A stretch of 64,000 bases of DNA from Epiperipatus broadwayi. Its lineage: Eukaryota; Animalia; Onychophora. Below are positions 1-12,295 of this stretch, one piece after another. Position numbers and translations under genes: made by a program. Position 1 is the first letter of the stretch; each line of letters starts with the position of its first letter. A model generated the notes under the pieces. It worked only from the letters and a program-made list of their open reading frames with translations, was not told the DNA's origin and searched no databases. The stretch is taken from contig JAQFVV010000011.1 in NCBI GenBank assembly GCA_028023455.1, positions 5,084,001-5,148,000 of the forward strand, given 5' to 3'.

Positions 1-737
1 ATGCTTCAGATTTGTTTATATAAATGAATGTAGATAAAAAGAATAAGATAGTCTTTTCTTATTTTTTCAAAGACTCTATTCTGTGCTTTTGTATTTCATG
101 TATTCAGTAAATCAGCATGCAGTTGATAATCTAATAAGTATATAATATTAACTGCTAGGAAAGTTTGTGTGTGTGTGTGTATATGTACAATAAACTAAAT
201 ATATTATGTAAATATAATAATAAAAAAAATCAAATAGTTATATTTTCTAAAAGTGAAATGAGTATTTGTTAGTAAGCTTACTGATTCATAAAAAGGCACC
301 TTTCCATCATCCTCCATCGTAGATAAATATGTTTCATCATGAGTATAACTTTAGTAGGTCTGAGCAGCTTTCAGATCCACAAACACATGGTTGTTACACT
401 TCTTTTATACTATCAGAAATGCTAATGCATATTTTATAATAAGTAATATAAATGCTAAACACCTTGTATTAATTGAGTTTGAATAAACAATTAATAAATA
501 TTAACATTTCTAATCTAAGTATATAAGAATTGTAGCAATTGTTTATGGTTGGGTGCACTGCGTAGTCTTCTGAAAATTTTCATAATTCAAACAGTTTCAT
601 ATAAATATTGATTTCAGTTTTAAATATATAGAATACTACAATGAATAATGTATGTGCATACAATATGAATACACATGTCCAGATGTGTGTTGTAGGAAAA
701 TTCAAATATATATATCAATCTCTTTTTTTTTTCGTAG

Positions 738-820
738 GAGGTACAATGTTTATTCCTCCCTGGCTCAGTCTTCTTTCATTGTACATCTGGATTTTTGTCT
801 TTTTTATACAACCACATAAA
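738..820 (+). CDS. ALG9: ALG9 internal exon (first in window; upstream exons lie outside)
   Basis: Acceptor tttttcgtag, donor gtaagt. Encodes GTMFIPPWLSLLSLYIWIFVFFIQPHK, matching the ALG9 motif (recalled) YIW..IFFIQPHK that precedes EERF. Confidence 0.9.
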
Positions 821-954
821 GTAAGTTTATGTTTTTCAAATACAGTTATGTTTAAGTTTTATATATATAAACAACCACGGCAAAAATGTCAAATAAATAA
901 ATGATGGTACTTGTTTAACATTTTGTAACCTTAACTGTAAATAACTTGATTTCA

Positions 955-1084
955 AACCATCGAACATCACATGATCACCATCTCTATACTAGCACATAAT
1001 TTGTTGCACAAGCCTTCTGGCATCCATTGATTACTCTGTTTGGCACAGGGTGGCACTACTGTATGGGGAGTTTTGCCTTTGTTT
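955..1084. mobile_element. Short insertion of HHR fold-back family 1
   Basis: Antisense tail (aaccatcgaacatcacatgatcac) joined to a sense arm (gcacaagccttctggcatcc...gagttttgcc). Perfect 14-bp duplication ataacttgatttca at 941-954 and 1085-1098. Confidence 0.85.
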
Positions 1085-1199
1085 ATAACTTGATTTCAGT
1101 TATGTTAACATAATCATTCTCAACTACATATAGTATTAAAATAACTAAACATTCTCATGTTCATGTGATGTTTATTGGCTTAATCTAACAATTTCATAT

Positions 1200-1405
1200 T
1201 ATTATTTAAGCTTCGTGAATTATTATGATAGCTCCTTGTTGGCTATATAAATTATTTCTTTTATTAATAAAAATAGCCTTTCAAAAATATATAATGTCTT
1301 TATAAAGCATGACAAATATATGTAAAAATGATATTTTTATTAATAAAGGAAATAATTTACCTAATCAACCAGGAACAGCATGAAAATTCATAAAGCTTGA
1401 AATAT
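1200..1405. repeat. Imperfect inverted repeat (MITE- or foldback-like)
   Basis: tttaagcttcgtgaatt...aaattatttcttttattaataaaaata mirrored by tatttttattaataaaggaaataattt...aattcataaagcttgaaata. Confidence 0.6.
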
Positions 1406-1989
1406 CCTGTGAAATAGTGCTTGTGGGAAACATTGTAATTCTTAGTATGTAGTTTAAACTTTCTTATCTTTGAAATTTTATTTAATATATACAAATGAAT
1501 GTAATGTCTTTCATTTTATTAGTGATTAGCTTAACAAAGTCTTCTTTTTATCATTTTAGGCTTAAATAATTTATTATAAAAAATACTTTTATAAATTTTA
1601 AAATTTTCATTATAGTTTCGTGATATATCTATATTTACATAAACTTTACTAATCTCACTTTTCACTAAATATACCTTATTTATTATCTGTTTCTACATAT
1701 ATATACAAAATACTTTCTTTTCTTTTTTTTTTTAATTATATAAAATACGTTTTAATTTTATGAAAAAATAAATTGAATTAAAATCTTTAGCACTTTACCA
1801 TTTAGATTTTCTTTAAACTTTGGACATTTCAGTTGATTTTGAAAAATATTACATACAATCAAGAAAAGTCACAGTAAGTACCTATTAAATTCACAATAAT
1901 AGCCAAATTGTTTGAAATCAATTCAGTAAAGAAAAGATTTTTTTTTATTATTTCTCATCATCATCAGTAATCTCACATTCTGATTGGTA

Positions 1990-2275
1990 TCTGAAGAAGC
2001 TACAATATATTATTCCATTAATGATGATCATAACTTTTGAGTTCTGCATAAGTATAACATTGATGTGTTTTTTAAAAATCTTCTGATTGATTCCGAAGTC
2101 ACAATATATCACTACTGATGATATTTGGCCTTTTTCGTGAGTTTTGCATACGTATCTGTTGATGCGTTTCTGCATAAATCTTCTCATTGGTTCGGAAAAA
2201 ACCCACAATATACTATCTTACTGCTGATGGTCTTTGACCTTTCTCTGGAGTTCTGCATAAGTATCCATTGATGTT
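1990..2275. repeat. Degenerate tandem repeat, about 3 units of ~100 bp
   Basis: Recurring cacaatata...ctgatg...gagtt(c/t)tgcata(a/c)gtat..ttgatg at about 2000, 2100 and 2205. Confidence 0.6.
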
Positions 2276-3957
2276 ACCTGCATCAAGTGACGCAAATTAT
2301 GTTCTGGCCATGAGAGCTTCTGATAGCTATTCAATATTCAATTTTATTTTATTTATTTATTTTGCTAAATTTGTATCAGACTTTTCAAAATAATCTTTAA
2401 AGATTTCTAAAGAAAGGAAAATTTCTTTTGCATGAATTTACTTTTTAATGATAAATGATGAAATTTCAATAGATACGTTTGACATTGTTTCGATAATGAG
2501 GTTTGGAATTTGTAGTAACTATGTGGTACGGTTTATAAATGTTTTTAAATCTTCCATTCTGGCTACTTAAATATGTTTTAAAATTTAAGCGAATCAGTAT
2601 ATGCTTGGGACTCTTTATCGTGGCTAAGATTGAGGTTTAAAAACAGTCTTAGCATTTTCTAACGACACTTCATTGTTATCTCTCATTCCTCTCTTTATTA
2701 CAGGGAATACTAAAAATATTATGTAGATTGTGTAGGTTAAGTAGGTAAGACTTTTCGGCTGTAAATTCTGTTTTATATTTGAGATTTCTTTTCTAATGTT
2801 AAATGGTAATGAAATTAAGTATTTGAAGAAATCATTTTTGCCAGTTTAGAATGGATCTAAGGATTTCACCAGAAAATTATCTGCTGATTTTATGGCAAAA
2901 AGTTACTATCAGAATGGCGATTTAAATAGTTAAAAAGTTGTTCCTTGGCCATAAAACCTTAAATTTTGACCAACCTTTATTTGAATTGAATATATTCAGT
3001 TCTAAATCAAGTTAGTAGAAAATAAAACATTTTTGTTAAAAATTTATAAATGTGATAATACAAATGGTGCAGTTTTTTTATCAATGAGCCTGTAATCAAC
3101 TCGAATGTCATTAGCTAGCTGTTTATTAATAAAAAGCCTTTTAAAAAAAGACATATGGTTTTATTGCTCATGAGTTCATAAAACAGTTGAGATGACATTA
3201 TGGATATCCTGATTACCTATCAATTCTTAATTCCCCCTTTTTATTAAAACAATTTTAGAATTGGAGGGGGGGGGGGTATAGTAAAATTTTTGAATGACTG
3301 GATTTTTAAGAAATTGTGGACTAACACGTTCCGGTTATCTAAGACACTTTTTTTTTCTTCATGGATGCTTTGAATGACTTAAAAATCTTTTTCACTAAAA
3401 ATTCTTTAAATAATTTGATATATTTAATTTTATATAGTTACTTGACTGATATTAAGTCATTATCATGTTAAATAGCTAAAATAAATTTTACTGCCGGGAT
3501 TCTGTGATTTGGATAAAATAAGAAGGACATTAAGATATTTTTACGAGAGAATCATTATGTCTTAGCTCTTTTACATGAGTAATGGCCGACCATTTCCTCC
3601 ACTTTACAATTTTTAAATAATTTTGCCACCAAGTAAGAACAGTTTGCTATTTTGATGATCATGTACTTCATTCACTACTTATTTTAGTATTAAATGTTTA
3701 TTTAAACAACATTTTCAAAATGCAAGATATTTAATTTCATAATAATAATAATAATAATAAACAATCTACTCTAAATAAGTATTTATATATTAGATTATTT
3801 CTATCATCCAATTGAATTGTTAAATGCTTTTAGAAAAATCCAATATTTATATTTTTCTATATACATTTTACTGTTAGTGATGATGCATCGATTAGAATAG
3901 AATGAAATGTGTCAAATAGTATTTTTCTTCTCTTTCAGTTGATATTGAGCTGAGCAT

Positions 3958-4026
3958 GGAGTTTGAATCTGAAATCTTTAAATTTGTGAATTTAAGGTGA
4001 CACTCTAACCAACTAAGCTATTCTCC
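3958..4026 (-). mobile_element. tRNA-derived SINE remnant
   Basis: Minus strand reads GGAGAATAGCTTAGTTGGTTAGAGTGTCAC...AGATTCAAACTCC, with an A box and a decayed B box. Confidence 0.6.
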
Positions 4027-4029
4027 AAA

Positions 4030-4930
4030 GACAAACATCATCACATAATAATTCTCTCATCAGGCCAATACAAAAAGATGACAAGAAATTCTTTATTAAC
4101 TACAGAAACAAAGCTATAAGCATTATTCAGAAAACATTGCAGTTATTTCACTGAGTCAATAAAACATAAATTAACAACATATTTCAACAAATTTTTACAT
4201 CTATATGATCTGCCTAAAATTCATGAAGGACTATTTCATTAAGACTTGTTAGTTGCAGAAATCCACTACGTTAGTTGCAGAAATCCACTACACCAAAATT
4301 TGTCAAGTTTTCTTCTTTGAGTTCTTAACACTTTCAACGTACAAGACACAATTCTTTGTCAGAAATTCTAAGCACCTTTTTGAATTACACAAGATTATGA
4401 AAATGGATAGACTGTCTTATTGGTAAGCATTGTTGGGGACATTTTATTCATAAATGTATCCAGTAATGTGATATTCATTGTCTATTGTAAGGGGAAAAAT
4501 TTAAATGAGGATAATAGTTTACGAACTGAAACAGCATAATATAATGGAATTCTTAATATTCTGCATAACAAAAACATAACTTTCACTGCAACACAAAGTT
4601 CTTCCAACAAAATCAATATAAATCTATGGGTTCATTATCTCTGGTCAGCAAAGTTTATGCGGAAGAACTAAAAACCACAGCCATAAATACTATTTCATCT
4701 TCATCTGATGTTTGGCTAGGCTATGTTGATAGTACATTTGTTGTATGGCCACTCAATGAAGAACTATTATAAACATTCTGGAACCCACATCAATAGCATA
4801 TCTTTTTCAATTAAATTCACAATAGAATTAGAACTAGAACAAAAATTGGTATTCTTAGATGTTATTTTAACAAGACTCCCTAAGTATTTATGATCCCATG
4901 CTAGAACTATTAGGGGTCAGATTAGCAACA
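4030..4930 (+). mobile_element. Penelope-like element reverse transcriptase remnant
   Basis: Frameshifted PLE-RT motifs in the expected order: LYDLPKIHEG, LVSCRNP, MGS.S, WLGYVDSTFVVW (YVDD decayed), IKFTIELELEQKLVFLDV. Confidence 0.8.
4248..4291. repeat. 22-bp tandem duplication
   Basis: gttagttgcagaaatccactac x2. Confidence 0.9.
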
Positions 4931-5093
4931 CCTGGAGAGACTAATAATACTATTTGAAACATTGTGTTAATACAAACTGTATGTTGTTATGTATTGCAGT
5001 TTAATATCTAGAAAAATTGTAAATAAAGTTTGAATTTTTCTAAAAACGTTTTAACAATTCAACCAGATGATGGAAATAGTCAACATATAACTA

Positions 5094-5143
5094 CAGCATC
5101 ACACGATCACCATTTCCTGCGCTTACACAATCTGTTAAATAAT
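5094..5143 (-). mobile_element. Tail end of a family-1 element split by a LINE
   Basis: catcacacgatcaccatttcctgcgcttacacaatctgttaaat matches the family tail; the sequence continues at 7382 (compare the uninterrupted copy at 48424-48510). Confidence 0.7.
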
Positions 5144-5149
5144 AATATT

Positions 5150-7381
5150 ATGTGATATGATGTACTGTAGCTTCTCCTTAAACAAAGTCAAGAATCTCTC
5201 AGCAATTATGTCCAGAGAAACCTGTTAGCTACTTTATTTTACATTCCCCAGTCTAAGTTTTCCCATATTCTGCTCCATCCCATTTCCACAACATAATCTT
5301 TGTCAACTCCATGAGCCTTTATATCTAAATCCCCCTTATCTTTTCCCAAACCCAGCATAAAAACCAATAATCCACTGTCTGTATAATCACTTTTTTCATA
5401 TTTATTCTTCCATAACTTCATTATATGTGCCCTTTCTGTTTTCAAGCATTTACATTCAATTAACAGATGCCTAATATTTTCTATTCCTTCCTTACATAAT
5501 TTACAGACTAAATCACCCATATTTTTCCATTTACATGTATATTCTCTTGTTGCTAAAGATCCCATTCGAGCCTTAAACAATAAACTACTTTCCTTACTAT
5601 TATCATATATTAACTCACACCTAATATTCTGTTTATTTCTATATATATTTAAACTCTTTTTACTCTCCATACTAGTTCTCCATCTCTCTAACTCCCTATT
5701 CTTTATTAATAAATCTATTCTTTTATCCCATTCCTTACCACTATAACACTCAACAATCCTCCTAACACAATCATCCCATCTTTTGTACAAATATACTGAT
5801 ATAAATTCTTTATCCAAATCTTTTGCATACCACATTACCTTTCTCACCCATCTTGTTGCCTGCCCTTTACTCATAACCCAATTAAATACTATTTTGGCTA
5901 TTCTTTTATTATCCATAAACTGCAATCTACCAAACATTTTCATTTTACTTTTTGCATCTCTCATATGAAAACTTGACCATCCCATTTCTCCTTGAATTGC
6001 CTCCCTTGCTGTCCATACATCTGCATCCAATGCATGTCTTCCTACTTCCCTTTGAACTTTTTCTAAGTAATTTAATACCCCTTTACTAACACATAATGCA
6101 TCATTACCATATGTTAACCCTGCTACTGCAACTCCCATATAATTCTAGCTACATCATATTTATTATATGAAAACACTGTTAATTTCTTTATCAATCCCTT
6201 TCTTTTCTTTGCTTCATTTATCAATTTTTTCTCCCATTCATCCAAATAATTTTTCTGATTACTTAAAATAATTCCCAAATAACTATATCTATTCACCACA
6301 CTTAACTTAATATCTCCCAATAAAAATTCTACATCTTCTCTTTCCCCAGTATTAACCATCATTATATTTGATTTTTCTTCACTAAATTTAATCCCCATCT
6401 CTTTACCCACCCTTGCACATGTCCTCAGCATAACTTCCATATCTTCTCTTCTTTCTGCACACAAAAATATATCATCCGCAAAAAAAAAGACCTGACAAAA
6501 TATATACTCCCTTACTACCTATTAATGGTATCTCTATCCCTCTTCCTAATCTTTCTATTGCTCTTTCCATTTCACTCAAATACAACACAAACAAAATAGG
6601 TGACATAGGGCATCCTTGCCTTAGTCCCACCCCATTTTTAACTTTAACTGATTCTATATTCCCTAATTGATATATATAATAATTATTTTCATATAATTTC
6701 TTAATAATATCTACTAAAGCTTCATCCATTCCCAAATTTGCTAAACTTATCCATAATCTATTTCTATTTACTCTATCATATGCCTTCTCTATATCTATAA
6801 AACTCATATATAACTTTACCTGAATTCCTAATCATATCCATAAGTTGTGTAACTACAAATAAACTATCTCCTATATGCCTATCTAATCTAAAACCTCCTT
6901 GCATTTCCCCCACTACATTATTCCCTTCCATCCATTTTACAACTCTTCTAGCCACCATATATGAGAAAACTTTATATAAAACTGATGTTACCGCTATCGG
7001 TCTATAATTATTTAACTTTCTATGATCCTTACCCTTTCCTTTAAATAATAATCTTACTCTTGTATTACTCCAACTACTCGGAAAAACTCTATTCTGTGCC
7101 ATCTTATTAAAACAGGATAATAACTTTACTTTTGCCCTATATCCTAAATTCATTACCATCTCTGCTGCCCATCCATCTAAACCTCTTGCCTTTCCACTTT
7201 TCAATTTCTTCTCTACCTCATTCAGTTCATTTTCTGAAAACCTAATATTCCCATTACTATATGCTTTCATGTTTTCTATCACTCTATCCTTCACATCTTA
7301 CATCTTTTCTATATTTATTACATATCTATTTAAGATTCTCTCTTAATCTTCTCTAGAGCTACACTCTATTCCCTCATCATC
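5150..7381 (-). mobile_element. 5'-truncated non-LTR retrotransposon (APE-RT LINE), frameshifted ORF2
   Basis: Overlapping ORFs 6776-7294, 6472-6807, 6123-6464 and 5239-6138 carry NYRPIAV, FIDIEKAYD, GLRQGCPMSPILF, FADD, YLGI and a C-terminal CKLC..E.IRHLLIEC. Short cat/atcac-type 3' tail. Confidence 0.92.
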
Positions 7382-7548
7382 TAGCAAACTCTCCATACAG
7401 TAGTGCCACCAAGTGCAAGACTTAATAATCACTGGATACAAGAAGGTTTGTGCACTAAATAGGATTTTATGTAAAACCTTTTTGTATCGATTGATTACTA
7501 AGACTTGCATGAGGTGGCACTACTGTATGGAGAGTTTGCTACCATTTT
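7382..7548. mobile_element. Family-1 fold-back body (short palindrome)
   Basis: tagcaaactctccatacagtagtgccacc ... ggtggcactactgtatggagagtttgcta. Duplication aacatat(a/g)acta at 5082-5093 and 7549-7560 brackets both parts. Confidence 0.8.
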
Positions 7549-7893
7549 AACATATGACTAGCAAGTAAAATACCATCACAAGTTTTCAGACAATCATTTT
7601 GATATCAGAATGATTTAATGATCTCAATAAATGTGAGTCATAAAACTGAAAGTTTGAATGTTATTAAATGCAAATGCATGGATCTAAATGCATGGAATAA
7701 GTCGAAAAAGTTAAGTTACGAAAAAAATTAGTTGCTGTCATTCAAGTGTTTTTTATATACAAACAATCTTCAAAGATTTTGATTTCTCTTTCATTCTAAT
7801 TTTAGAGATTAACTATTACTATAGTTATCGATCTTTTTCTTCATATATATTTCTCAGTGAATAATTTTTTTTTATAAATTGATATTGTTTTAG

Positions 7894-7965
7894 GAAGAAA
7901 GATTCTTATTTCCTATATACCCATTATTTTGTCTGAATGGTGCTATTTCTGTGGACTGTATTCAG
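7894..7965 (+). CDS. ALG9: ALG9 exon
   Basis: ttttag/gtaaat boundaries, phase 0/0. EERFLFPIYPLFCLNGAISVDCIQ completes the GT22-family HKEERFLFP motif. Confidence 0.95.
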
Positions 7966-10900
7966 GTAAATATCAGCTATTTTTTTTCGTTTTTATATTT
8001 CAGATTGATTGTGCACAATCTATTTTATAAATAATTAGTGTTGTTAACAGTATAAAGATTGCTGTAATCTTTAATATTTAACCATTGAGTCTTACATGTA
8101 CATACAAAATGTATTCTTGATAGGCCTTTATAGGAGCATCTAGAGAATTTTATAATCTTATATACGTTACTCTGTCAATAAAAAATTGACACATCTCAGT
8201 ATATGTTCCCTTTATTAGATTTCTTTTTTTGATAATGAAATAGCATATATAAGATTGCAAAATCTTCGAGACGATGCATCAAATGTTTATCCCTCTTTAA
8301 TAATTACCTATTTAAATGTGTTAGTAATTTATTATATTATATAAACAATATATCTATAATTGTATGATAAAGCAACTCTGCCCTACTCTTTCTCCATCTA
8401 TAGTGAAACAAAAATATTTCCACGCTAATAAATAAATTAAGCTATACCAATGTTTAATCCAAACTTTAGAATGAGAGCTATATTTTTTAATCATATAATT
8501 AAATTCTGACGGAAGAAAAAAAAAGGATTAAAATTAATATTTAAAGATTAGTGTATATTATCAAAACTTACATTTTAATACTGTAAAAGTAAATTTATGA
8601 TATCGATGTTTTTTAAGCTCATATATGAATGTGAAAGAGCGTTTTCTCTTGATTTTTTTTCTTTCAGTAATTATTTTGGGATGGATTTTAAATAATTACG
8701 TAAAGCTAAAATAATTAACCAGTATTTGTTCTTATTTGGGAGAGTCTTATTTAAAAAGTGAACGAAAGAAATTGAAACTGCTCTGCTTGCTTCAGTTAGA
8801 TATTAGTTTTCATGAAGTCAAAAATATGGAAAAGTGAAGTGAATGCAACTTCGTAACTACATTGCTAATCAGAATGAAATTTATTAATTACTGAATATAA
8901 ATTAAAATTGTTAGTAAATTAAATATGGGTTCTTGAATTGCAAAATATTTTATTCCTATAAATTGTGTGGGGCATAGTTACTGAAAAATTAGTTACAAAA
9001 ACCAGGTAAATATTATATTACGGTCCATGGCAACATGTTTACCAAACAATATCAATAGCATAGTCAATTGACTTAACTTAAGTGGAGGTATTGGGGGCAT
9101 TTACTGTTTAGAACTATAGATATTTCGATTTTTCAAATAATTCCATATACTGTAACGGAATGGGATTTTATTTGGTATGATAATAAGTTCACTAGGTCTT
9201 CACAATGAATAAGAGAGTATTTTTGAGCCTTGTGCCTATATACCTACATACACTCTAATTTCATTTCTGGGAGGTGAGAGGTTAATAATCGCATAAATAT
9301 TAAAATATATACCTATACTCACCTCGTCTTTAATATAATTCGTTTGCGTTATTCACTGGGTTCAAACTCGTGGAGAATCTGAATAATCATCTAGTTCAAG
9401 ATATATTAATATCACTTAAAAATACGGGTAAGTATAAACATGTGTAGGTGTTTAATGATAGGTATGGATACATGAAATTATACGTAAGTGTGCAAAAATA
9501 TAAGTAAGTGAGAAGATATGATCAATTGAAAAGTGAATATAGAAAAATACACTGAGAGTTTTTAATTTAAACACTTGTATATTTACAGTACACAACATTT
9601 TAATAAAGAAAATCTATAACAAACTATAAAATATTTAATTTAACATCTATAGTACTATTTGCCTATAATTTATTTCAATTATTATTCCAAACCCTTATCT
9701 TCCATAAAGAATAGACATTTGATGTCCATGTTAATATAAATGCAATTTATTTTATATTTATAAATTGTCTCAATCATCCTTGCTTGCTATATTGTTATAT
9801 GGAAATCATAATTCATTTTATTTTCATTAACTTGATATATTAAATTCCTATCTAACTTAGCGATGACATAGGATCCTCCTGTTATTAGAAAGAGTTAGTC
9901 AAGTATACTGAAATCATTTAACAAAAATATTACTATAAACAAACAACATATAAAGATGCAATTGTACAAATATTTGGAATAAATATGTATTAGGTAAAAT
10001 CTTACCTTTCCCTTGGTGATTATCGGATTTGTATGTAAGCAAGTTCTTGTCGTAACCTATATTTTATTTTACTTACAATAATGACAATAATATTTCTCCA
10101 TTATGTTATGCATTAACACTTTTTTCCCCTTTTGTATCCATATTAAAAGAATGATATGAGCAAAAACATTTACACAAAATATACAAATAAGAAAATTCAT
10201 GACATCAACCTAAATGTTCTTTTAAAGTTCTTAAGGAAAAATACCCTAGTGAATCATTTTAATAATCCTCATTAATTCATTTTGGGTATAGATGGTAAAA
10301 TGTGAGTGTTCTAGAACATTTTAAATCATTTATCCTTTATATCCTTGAAACTTCTGCTTTGAAGTGGAGAGTGGATCCATTTATTAAAAGTCAATTTGAT
10401 CTTTCTGGCACAAGTGTAAAGTGCTAGGTTAATTTCATCCCAGTTCTGACAATTATAGCTCCATGAGTGACGCCTTTCTTTTCCCGATGTCACTTTTGCA
10501 CTTAGAAATGTCTGGTTGTCTGTATAGATATTTATATAATTTTATTAAAATATCTTGAATGAAAATTAAGAGCAATATTTTCGTATACTATTAGATATCT
10601 TTAATTTTACATGATTCGATCTGCGATTTAGAAATAACAATTGCTTTGGAAATTCGAATAATCCAAATTTAATTTCTACGATTTCACTTTCAAATTCCTC
10701 AGTTGGCTAATTTTAACTCTATATACTTTTCTTATTTTATCAAATATTCAAGTATTTATGACTATTTCAATTCAATAGTGGCTGGTATTTCTATCTGAAT
10801 TGCAAGTTCACAATTCTCTGCTTAAAGTTATGCAGGTTATTCAGCCAATGAGAAGTTTTATCTCGATTCAGAGAAGAAGCTCATTGCTTTTTTCTTTTTT

Positions 10901-11423
10901 CCCTATTCACATGAGGATATTCTATCTAAGATAATTTTAACTGACTTTTTATATTAAGTTCATGATTTTGATTTAAGTCCATTATTTATGTCATTAATAA
11001 TGATCATTAAAAATAGATAATAGGTTAATAACAATAAAAAAATGTTGTTATTTCTTTTCTATAACATAAATTTTCATTTCTTGCTTGTGTTTACTTTATC
11101 CGATCGTATTTCTCTCATATTGTCGTAATGTGTCGGAGTTATATCACCTTTAATAAGATGATTTTCATATAGGTTAGTTGTCGCATAAGCATTTTATAAT
11201 TTCATTTAAATACATATTTAATGTATTATTAAGTTGGGGTTTACTGTGTATAACATTTAATGATTTATCAATTATAGTGTTTCACTTTTATTAGTGTAGT
11301 GTTTACTAAAGAATGTTAATATATTGAGTCTTGGATTTGAATTAGGCTAAAAGGTGTTTAAATGACATTGGAAGGATGTAAGGTGCACACCTTACATTAC
11401 TAAAGTTGCAAATTGTAAAACTG

Positions 11424-11516
11424 GTCAAGCGTTGTGGCCGAGTGGTTAGCACAGCTGCCTTACAAGTAGTTGTCGCAGGTTCGCTTTCCAGCCGATGCTT
11501 TGACACATGGAAAAAA
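11424..11516 (+). mobile_element. tRNA-derived SINE
   Basis: GCGTTGTGGCCGAGTGGTTAGCACAGCTGCCTTACAAGTAGTTGTCGCAGGTTCGCTTTCCAGCCGATGC plus an A-rich tail; two more copies at 51.8-52.1 kb. Confidence 0.8.
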
Positions 11517-12231
11517 TTGGAAAACTGTAATAAAAATTGAAGGAATAGAGGGAACAATTTAATACCATTTTCCAAACTGTAGACAAAGTAGCTGATAGAA
11601 TAAGTATACCGCAGATAGAATTATAAATAACCCAATTCAGGGATAAAAATATCATAATGGTTGTATAGAGCACTTTCTTTTTAGATTGTTTTTTTTAACC
11701 ATGTGATATACAATAAATGAGAAGCATTGTTATCTAACTAGACCTTTGAATGCCTAAGGAAAATGTTGCCTGTTAAATTATGGGCTTGGAAAATAATTGA
11801 CCTATCTAGAATATATTTTCTGCTACATGATATTGACTGTCAGAGAAATCAGAAAACCCATGCATAAATGTTTAAGAAATTAGCATTAAAAATATATTTT
11901 TTGTAAATGTTATTATGAAATTATCCAGATTTGAGATTAAGAGCTAATGCACACATCTCGCCACTGCTTTAGTTTAGATTGAAATAAATAGCAGATTGTT
12001 ATACATTTTGTTGAATAATTCATTGGCCAATGCATGCATAGACATTTTGCTAATTTGTATACATGTTTATCATTTTGGGTCAATCTTCTTTAAAATTTGT
12101 TGCAAGATTTGAAAAGAAATTATATATAACCTATTTTCTTTTATCAGAAATTTATTTAAAATTGCTTAAATATGAGGGCTATTTAACATGACCGGAGAAG
12201 TGCATATAATTAAGAACAAGTTTTTTTAAAT

Positions 12232-12295
12232 CATCACTTGAACTATTTTCTATGCTTACACACTAGGTGGCACTACTATATGGAGAGTTTGCTAA
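12232..12295. mobile_element. Family-1 fragment abutting a LINE 5' end
   Basis: Antisense tail catcacttgaactattttctatgcttac joined to sense ggtggcactactatatggagagtttgcta. Confidence 0.75.

Noticed and set aside
641-904. 87-aa ORF as a stand-alone gene
   Set aside because: Only 738-820 is ALG9 exon; the remainder is intronic read-through.
11342-11673. Short ORFs overlapping the SINE
   Set aside because: They arise from the tRNA-derived sequence; no protein similarity recognised.
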